From: Candidatus Eiseniibacteriota bacterium
GTDB lineage: Bacteria > Eisenbacteria > RBG-16-71-46 > CAZEPH01
Direction of reading: 5' to 3'
Assembly (NCBI GenBank): GCA_044229145.1
Contig: JBGATO010000096.1
Span: 1-12,362 of the forward strand
Length of the DNA: 12,362 nt
Position 1 is the stretch's first letter, and every line of letters begins with the position of its first letter. The notes below the pieces were generated by a model. That model saw only the letters and a program-made list of their open reading frames with translations. It was not told the DNA's origin and searched no databases. This document shows, in pieces, positions 6,772 through 12,362 of the stretch. A program made the position numbers and the translations under genes.

Positions 6772-6825
6772 CGCACTCCTCCTCACGGATGAGCATGTCG
6801 GCCACCGCCGGTTCGCGCAACCTCG

Positions 6826-6859
6826 TTGACACCCTCTGCGCCGACTGAGACAGTCGGCG
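6826..6859 (+). promoter_or_regulatory. Sigma70-type promoter for the antiporter-peptidase unit, overlapped by a 9-bp inverted repeat
   Basis: TTGACA (6826-6831), 17 nt, then GACAGT (6849-6854) with an extended -10 TG at 6846-6847. CGCCGACTG-aga-CAGTCGGCG (6839-6859) covers the -10. Confidence 0.6.
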
Positions 6860-6964
6860 GCCGCTCGCCGGTGTTTCCGTACCGGCGCGGGCTGCCGCGT
6901 GGGAACGCTGCGCGGCCCGCCGGCATCAGACACCCAACCACCCGCCGCGCAGGAGGTCGTCGCT

Positions 6965-7981
6965 ATCCTCGTCTCCGATATCGTGCTGCTGCTCGTCAGT
7001 TTGTTCGTCATCCTGGCGGGCGCGGAGATGTTCACCAATGCGGTGGAGTGGCTGGGCCGGAAGCTCCGCCTGAGCGAAGGCGCGGTCGGCAGCATCCTGG
7101 CCGCGGTCGGCACCGCCTTGCCGGAGACGATGATCCCGGTGGTGGCGCTGGTGTTCGGGGCGGGCGAGTCCTCGCACGACGTAGGCGTCGGCGCGATCGC
7201 CGGCGCGCCCTTCATGCTGGCGACCCTGGCGATGTTCGTCACCGGCGCGGCCTTCATGGCCTGGCGCCGGCGCGGCACGCGTCACCGCGTGTTCCTCGTC
7301 AATCCGAAGGTGATCAACCGCGACCTGTTCTTCTTCTTGGTCGCCTACTCGATCGCGGTGGCGGCGACGTGGGTGCGTGAGGTGCCGGGTGTCCGCATCG
7401 GCGTCGCGATCTTCCTCCTCGTCTGGTACGGCATCTACGTCCGCCAGACCTTGCAGGACGAAGCCGGCGAGGGCGAGGAACTCAAACCGTTGCATCTCTC
7501 GCGTTTACTGCGCGCGCCGACGCAGCGGACGTCGACCGGACACATCGTGGCGCAACTCGTGCTAGCCCTTGGCTGCATCATGGGCGGCGCGCATCTCTTC
7601 GTCGAAAAGGTCATCCATGTGTCGACGGTGATGCACGTCCCGGCCGTGATCCTGGCGCTGCTCATCGCCCCGGTGGCCACCGAGTTGCCGGAGAAGATGA
7701 ATAGCGTGCTGTGGACGCGCGAGGGCAAGGACACGCTCGCGATGGGCAACATCACCGGCGCGCTGGTGTTCCAGAGCTGTTTTCCGGTGGCCATCGGCGT
7801 CGTGCTGACACCCTGGGCGCTGCAACGAGAGACTCTGCTGTCCGCCATCCTGGCGCTGGTGTCGACCGGCATCATCGCCGTGACCTTGCGACTGAAAGGC
7901 CGCATTCCCCCTGCGGTCCTGCTTCTAGGAGGAGTGTTCTATGTCGTGTTCGTGCTCGATGTCGTGTTCAGCCATCTGTAA
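6965..7981 (+). CDS. CaCA family (YrbG-like) sodium/cation:calcium antiporter, ~338 aa
   Basis: About 10 hydrophobic segments, alpha-repeats AVGTALPE and PVATELPE, plus FTNAVEWLG and LAMGNITGA. The start is placed at the in-frame ATC 8 nt after AGGAGG (6951-6956). Alternatives are GTG 6899 and GTG 6983. Confidence 0.9.
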   Translation: MLVSDIVLLLVSLFVILAGAEMFTNAVEWLGRKLRLSEGAVGSILAAVGTALPETMIPVVALVFGAGESSHDVGVGAIAGAPFMLATLAMFVTGAAFMAWRRRGTRHRVFLVNPKVINRDLFFFLVAYSIAVAATWVREVPGVRIGVAIFLLVWYGIYVRQTLQDEAGEGEELKPLHLSRLLRAPTQRTSTGHIVAQLVLALGCIMGGAHLFVEKVIHVSTVMHVPAVILALLIAPVATELPEKMNSVLWTREGKDTLAMGNITGALVFQSCFPVAIGVVLTPWALQRETLLSAILALVSTGIIAVTLRLKGRIPPAVLLLGGVFYVVFVLDVVFSHL

Positions 7982-9683
7982 GCCGCGCGCGGCGCGGCGG
8001 CACGAGCACTCCCGGGGACGCACCACGTGGGGTGTGGTGGTCGCGGCTGTCGCAATCGGCGTCGCCGGTGTCGCGGGGGTGAACGGCTCCGCGCGGGCCG
8101 CCGACCCGGCGCTCGACGCCCTGCGCACCAGTGCCGCGAACGACCGCGCCGCGATGTCGACCTTCCTCGACACCCTCGGCGTGCGCTACGAGAACGCGTG
8201 CATCATGCTCGGCGAAGCGAACTGGGCGCTCTACACCCACACCTCGGGCCCCGCGCGCGAGCAGGCCAAGGCACAGCTCGACGCCATCCTCATCGACGAC
8301 GCCAACCACAACCTCGTCAAGGCGTGGCTGGCGCACAACGACAACGACCCCGCCTTCCAGCGCCGCCTCACCTTGTGGAACAACGCGATGATCGGCGCGG
8401 ATGTCGACCTCGACTCGCGCATCCGCGGCATGGTCGACAAGATGGCGCCGCAAATCGTGAACTACGAATCGAAGGTCGACGGCCGCGTGGTGGACCGCGG
8501 CGACGTGCGCCAGATCTTGGGCGGTGACCGTGACCGCGATCGCCGGCGCAAGGCGTACGAAGCCTACGTGCCACTCGCCAAGTTGATGGAGAAGAACGTC
8601 ATCCAGCTTGTGCGTCTGCGCAATGCCAAGGCGAAGAGCCTCGGGTACCCGGACTACCCGCACCTCGTCATGGCGATGAACGGCCTCGACTACGACTGGG
8701 TCATCGCAACACTGGAGAAGGTGCGCAAGGGCACCGACGACATCTACGCCGAGTGGCTCGCCAGCGCAACGCGCACCTTCACCATCGACGAGCCGTACGC
8801 GTGGGATCTGCTGTTCCTGCAGCAGCAGACGACGTCGTTCGCGGACCGCTACTTCCCGGCGGACAAGGCGCAGGACCGCCTGAACGCGACGACCTCCGGC
8901 ATGGGCTTCGACATCACCAAGCTGCCGGTCAAGATCGCCACCGCGGACATTCCGTACAGCGGCCGCAACATCGGCGTGGCGATTCCGGGGGACGACAGGC
9001 TGATCGTCAATCCGGCGTCCGGCGCGCGCTACTATCAGGCGCTTTTCCACGAGGCGGGCCACGTTCTGCAGGTCACGCAGTGCACCCAGACCGACCCGAT
9101 CTTGAAGGGCTACGAGTGGACCGTCGGCGCCAGCGAGCCGGTGTTCCACGAGGGCTTGTCCGCGACGATGACCGAGATCGTCCACAGCCCGGACTGGCTC
9201 AAGACCATCGGCGCGTTGCCGGCCGACGAAGTGAAGCGCAACCTGCCGTCGATCAAGAAGGCGGAAGCGTTCGAGCTGCGCATGATGCTGATCGACATCC
9301 TCACCGAGCTTGAACTCTACCGGAATCCGGCGGGCGACATCGGCGGCTACGAGCGTCGCATGCGCAAGGAGATCATGGGCGTCGACACGCCGCAGGCGTC
9401 GCAGTCGTGGTGGGCGGCGAGCCCGTACCTGCTCGACTATCCGATCTACCAGCAGAACTACATCATCGCCGCGATCATCGGCGAAGAGATGCAGGACGTG
9501 CTGGTGGCGAAGTTCGGTCCGCAGCCGTGGACGAAGCCGGAGGCGGGCCAGTGGCTGAAGGACACCTTCCTCGCTCCGGGCACCGCGAAGACGTGGCAGG
9601 AGAAGGTGCAGGCCGCGACGGGCAAGCCGCTCGACGTGGACGACTATCTCTCGAAGTTCAAGGTTCTGGTGACGAACAACTAG
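7941..9683 (+). CDS. Secreted or membrane-anchored gluzincin zinc metallopeptidase (M2/M3/M32-like), 580 aa
   Basis: FHEAGH (HEXXH, 9048-9062) with a third ligand in FHEGLS (E at 9150). RRKAYEA..LVRLRNAKAKSLGYPDY is typical of M2/M3, and the C-terminus has ATGKPL..YL. A hydrophobic signal ends in ARA|ADP. AGGAGG (7927-7932) lies 8 nt before ATG 7941. Confidence 0.85.
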   Translation: MSCSCSMSCSAICKPRAARRHEHSRGRTTWGVVVAAVAIGVAGVAGVNGSARAADPALDALRTSAANDRAAMSTFLDTLGVRYENACIMLGEANWALYTHTSGPAREQAKAQLDAILIDDANHNLVKAWLAHNDNDPAFQRRLTLWNNAMIGADVDLDSRIRGMVDKMAPQIVNYESKVDGRVVDRGDVRQILGGDRDRDRRRKAYEAYVPLAKLMEKNVIQLVRLRNAKAKSLGYPDYPHLVMAMNGLDYDWVIATLEKVRKGTDDIYAEWLASATRTFTIDEPYAWDLLFLQQQTTSFADRYFPADKAQDRLNATTSGMGFDITKLPVKIATADIPYSGRNIGVAIPGDDRLIVNPASGARYYQALFHEAGHVLQVTQCTQTDPILKGYEWTVGASEPVFHEGLSATMTEIVHSPDWLKTIGALPADEVKRNLPSIKKAEAFELRMMLIDILTELELYRNPAGDIGGYERRMRKEIMGVDTPQASQSWWAASPYLLDYPIYQQNYIIAAIIGEEMQDVLVAKFGPQPWTKPEAGQWLKDTFLAPGTAKTWQEKVQAATGKPLDVDDYLSKFKVLVTNN

Positions 9684-9704
9684 GCACGCAACATCGGTGG
9701 ACCT

Positions 9705-9739
9705 GCGAGGGGGAGGCGAGACGATCGCCTCCCCCTCGC
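9705..9739. terminator. Perfect 15-bp GC-rich hairpin after the peptidase gene (probable terminator or mRNA-stabilising stem, no U-tract)
   Basis: GCGAGGGGGAGGCGA-gacga-TCGCCTCCCCCTCGC, starting 22 nt after the TAG stop. Confidence 0.6.
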
Positions 9740-9757
9740 GCTGTCGGGGGAAGCGGG

Positions 9758-9763
9758 TATGAT
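9758..9763 (+). promoter_or_regulatory. Putative -10 element for priA
   Basis: TATGAT ends 9 nt before ATG 9773. No SD lies in between and no clear -35 is visible. Confidence 0.45.
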
Positions 9764-9772
9764 GCGCGTCCC

Positions 9773-12082
9773 ATGTCCACGCCGACGTTCGCCGACATCC
9801 ATCTCGCCGTGCCGGGATCCTCGCTGCTCACGTACGCGGTTCCCGAGGAGCACGCCGCGCGCGTGCAGGCGGGATCGCTGGTGCGCGTGCAGGTGCGGGC
9901 GCGCGCGCTGACCGGATGCGTCGCGCGGTTGCACGACACGCCGCCCTCGGGCGTCGCGCCGGAAAAGATCCGCGCCATCTCCGGCGTGCTCGCCGACGGC
10001 ACGCCCTTGCCGCGCGAATTGGTGGGACTGGCCGAATGGGTGGCCGACTACTACCTCTCGACTCCGGGCGAAGTATTGCGCGCCGCCGTCCCGCCCAAGG
10101 TGGGCGAGACGCGACGGAAGCGGCGCGCCGCGGCGCCCGCGGAGCCGCCAGTCGCACGGGCGGCCGTGCGGCTCAACGCCGCGCAGAGCGCCGCGGCCGA
10201 CGCGGTCGCCGCGTGTGCCGCCGAGCGGCGATTCGGCGCGTTCCTGCTCCACGGCGTCACCGGTTCCGGCAAGACCGAAGTGTATCTCGACGCGGCGCGC
10301 CGCACGCTCGCGGCCGGCCGCGGTGTGCTGCTGCTCGCCCCCGAGATCTCGCTGACCACACAGCTCGTGCGCCGCGTACGCGAGTCCCTCGGCGACCGCG
10401 TCGTCGTGCTGCACAGCGCTCTCGCCGGCGGCGAGCGCGCCACCGCGTGGGAAATGCTCTGGCGCGGCGACGTGCGGTTCGCGATGGGCGCGCGCTCGGC
10501 GATCTTCGCGCCGGTGCAAGATCTCGGGCTCGTCATCGTCGACGAGGAACACGACGGCGCCTACAAGCAGGGCGAGCAAGCGCTGCGCTACCACGCGCGC
10601 GACGTCGCGGTGGTGCGCGCGCAACGCGCGCAGGCCGCGTGTCTGCTCGGATCCGCCACGCCGTCTCTCGAGTCGTGGGCGAACGCACAACGAGGCCGTT
10701 ACACTCTGTTGCGTCTGCCGGACCGCGTCGACGATCGACCGCTGGCGACGGTGCGCGTCGTCGACATGCGCGAATTGCGCGACCAGGCGCGGGCCGAACG
10801 GGCGCGGGCCAAGGCGGCACGCGAGCGCGCGTGGGCCGAACAGCGCGAAGCCGAGCGGGCGGCGCGCAAAGCGGCGCGGCGGCGCGCGGAGGCGGAGCGT
10901 GCGGCCGCCGCGCTCGGCCCGCTCTTCACCGACGGCCCGCGCGACGCCGCGCCCGCCGGCGACGACGCCACCGAATCACCACGCGCCGCCGACGCGCTCA
11001 AGACCGCCGCACTCGCCGATATCCTGCTGTCGCCCGAACTGCGCGATGCCATCCACGAACGCTTGGCGCGCCGCGAGCAGGTCATCCTGTACCACAACCG
11101 GCGCGGCCACTCGACGACGCTGCAGTGCTGGGAGTGCGGCTGGGTGGCCGCCTGCGACGCATGCGACGTCGCGCTCACGTACCACCTCTCGGCGACCCGC
11201 GGCGGCTGGCTGCGCTGCCACTATTGCGGTCATCGCGCCAGCGCCCCGCACACCTGTCCCGGCTGCGACGGCACGCGCTTCCGTTACGGCGGCATCGGCA
11301 TCCAAAAAGTCGAGACGATCTTGCGCGACACCTTCCCGAGCGCCCGCGTGCTGCGCGTGGACCTCGATACGGTCCGTCGCAAGGGCGCGCACGAGGATCT
11401 GCTCGGACAGTTCGCGCGCGGCGAGGCGGACATTCTGCTCGGGACGCAGATGATCGCCAAAGGCCTCGACTTTCCTCGCGTGACGCTGGCCGGTGTGATC
11501 GCCGCCGACACGCAGCTGCATCTCCCCGATTTCCGCAGCGGCGAACGCACCTTTCAATTGCTCACGCAGGTCGCCGGACGCGCTGGACGGCACGCATTGC
11601 GTGGCGAGGTGATCTTGCAGACGATGAGCCCGGAACATCCGGCGCTCCAGGCCGCGGCGGCACAAGATTTCGAGAGCTTCGCGGCGCGCGAGATGGCGGA
11701 ACGTCAGGACCTCGCCTATCCGCCCCACACGCGGCTGGCGTCGATCCTGGTGAGTGCGGCACAGCAACCGCGCGCCGAAGAGGTGGCCGAACGCGTGGCC
11801 GCGCAAGTGCGGCGGCTGGCCGGCGACGAATCCGGGGCCGCCGGACTGTTCGATCCGCTCGCCGATCCCGCCACCGCGCGTGAGGGAGTTCTCGTCCTCG
11901 GCCCCGCCCCGCGGCCTATCGAGAAGTTGCTCGGGCGCTATCGCTGGCACGTCGTGCTGAAAGGCGGCTCGCCGCGGCGCGTGGCGGCGCTGGCACGGGA
12001 GGCGCTCGCGGCGCTCACCCTTGACGGCATCCCGCACGGCGTGCGGGTGATCGCGGACATCGACGCGGTGGACTTGCTATGA
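9773..12082 (+). CDS. priA: Primosomal protein N' (replication restart helicase PriA), 769 aa
   Basis: 3'-binding domain (LTYAVPE..GSLVRV, LAEWVADYY), LHGVTGSGKTEVYL, LLAPEISLT, GARSAIFAP, IVDEEHD..YKQ, YHARDVA, GSATPSLES, NRRG, four CxxC pairs (CWEC, CDAC, CHYC, CPGC), GTQMIAKGLDFP, QVAGRAGR, YPP and LGPAP. ATG 9773 is the plausible start; the ORF-track 9407 start overlaps the peptidase. Confidence 0.97.
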   Translation: MSTPTFADIHLAVPGSSLLTYAVPEEHAARVQAGSLVRVQVRARALTGCVARLHDTPPSGVAPEKIRAISGVLADGTPLPRELVGLAEWVADYYLSTPGEVLRAAVPPKVGETRRKRRAAAPAEPPVARAAVRLNAAQSAAADAVAACAAERRFGAFLLHGVTGSGKTEVYLDAARRTLAAGRGVLLLAPEISLTTQLVRRVRESLGDRVVVLHSALAGGERATAWEMLWRGDVRFAMGARSAIFAPVQDLGLVIVDEEHDGAYKQGEQALRYHARDVAVVRAQRAQAACLLGSATPSLESWANAQRGRYTLLRLPDRVDDRPLATVRVVDMRELRDQARAERARAKAARERAWAEQREAERAARKAARRRAEAERAAAALGPLFTDGPRDAAPAGDDATESPRAADALKTAALADILLSPELRDAIHERLARREQVILYHNRRGHSTTLQCWECGWVAACDACDVALTYHLSATRGGWLRCHYCGHRASAPHTCPGCDGTRFRYGGIGIQKVETILRDTFPSARVLRVDLDTVRRKGAHEDLLGQFARGEADILLGTQMIAKGLDFPRVTLAGVIAADTQLHLPDFRSGERTFQLLTQVAGRAGRHALRGEVILQTMSPEHPALQAAAAQDFESFAAREMAERQDLAYPPHTRLASILVSAAQQPRAEEVAERVAAQVRRLAGDESGAAGLFDPLADPATAREGVLVLGPAPRPIEKLLGRYRWHVVLKGGSPRRVAALAREALAALTLDGIPHGVRVIADIDAVDLL

Positions 12083-12362
12083 ACGCAAATCGTCTCGCCG
12101 TCTTGGGCGGCACGGGTTTCCTCGGCGCGAACATCGCGCGCGCGCTGGTCGACGCGGGGTGGGACGTGCGCGTGTTGAGTCGCACGGCGGCGCCGACGCC
12201 GGCGCTCGACGGCTGCGACACGGAGCGTGTCGCCGTCGACATGACCGACGCGGAGGCGTTGGCGCGCGCGCTCGACGGTTGTGCCGCGCTCTTCCACGTG
12301 GCCGGCGCGTATCCGCTCACCAACATCCGCTCGGCAGCACAGGTCGAGGCGGCGCGCGTGGC
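12079..12362 (+). CDS. NAD-dependent epimerase/dehydratase (extended SDR, HpnA/DFR-like), 5' part, runs off the window
   Basis: Not in the ORF track. ATGA overlaps the priA stop. It reads MNANRLAVLGGTGFLGANIARALVDAGWDVRVLSR...VDMTDAEALARALDGCAALFHVAG, with the GxxGxxG Rossmann motif and FHxAG. Confidence 0.9.
   Translation, partial: MNANRLAVLGGTGFLGANIARALVDAGWDVRVLSRTAAPTPALDGCDTERVAVDMTDAEALARALDGCAALFHVAGAYPLTNIRSAAQVEAARV

Noticed and set aside
6861..6945. Fluoride (crcB) or yybP-ykoY riboswitch call for the antiporter leader
   Set aside because: GGUGUU...GACACC superficially resembles the fluoride pseudoknot, but the conserved GAUG and flanking nucleotides are missing, and the yybP-ykoY GGGGAGUA motif is absent.
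9407..9772. 122-aa N-terminal extension of PriA in the ORF track
   Set aside because: It overlaps the peptidase 3' end and the intergenic hairpin. PriA homology starts at ATG 9773.
1..12362. tRNA/rRNA genes, CRISPR arrays, transposases/integrases, LexA box
   Set aside because: None were recognisable. Any SOS box for the polymerase cassette would lie upstream of the window.

Overview
Very GC-rich bacterial window. From left to right it holds: the 3' tail of a probable Y-family polymerase (DinB/ImuB-like); a DnaE2-like second C-family polymerase; a convergent, translationally coupled winged-helix regulator plus nucleotidyltransferase-fold pair (type IV toxin-antitoxin-like); a divergent ~706-aa lipoprotein; a decayed CPBP (CAAX/Abi) protease pseudogene; a CaCA/YrbG cation:Ca2+ antiporter; a secreted HEXXH gluzincin peptidase; priA; and the 5' part of an extended-SDR epimerase/dehydratase. 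The dnaE2 is broken: an exact 140-bp copy of its catalytic PDIDID region (1179-1318 = 1779-1918) replaces a normally conserved block and shifts the frame, and no canonical start codon is visible ahead of its first motif. The best candidates for new biology are the wHTH-NTase module with its palindromic operator and apparently leaderless promoter, the Y-polymerase/DnaE2 junction, a clamp-motif-bearing DnaE2, and a structured leader plus apparent ATC start on the antiporter. The dnaE2 duplication may be an assembly artefact. All family calls come from motif recognition by eye; no searches were run.
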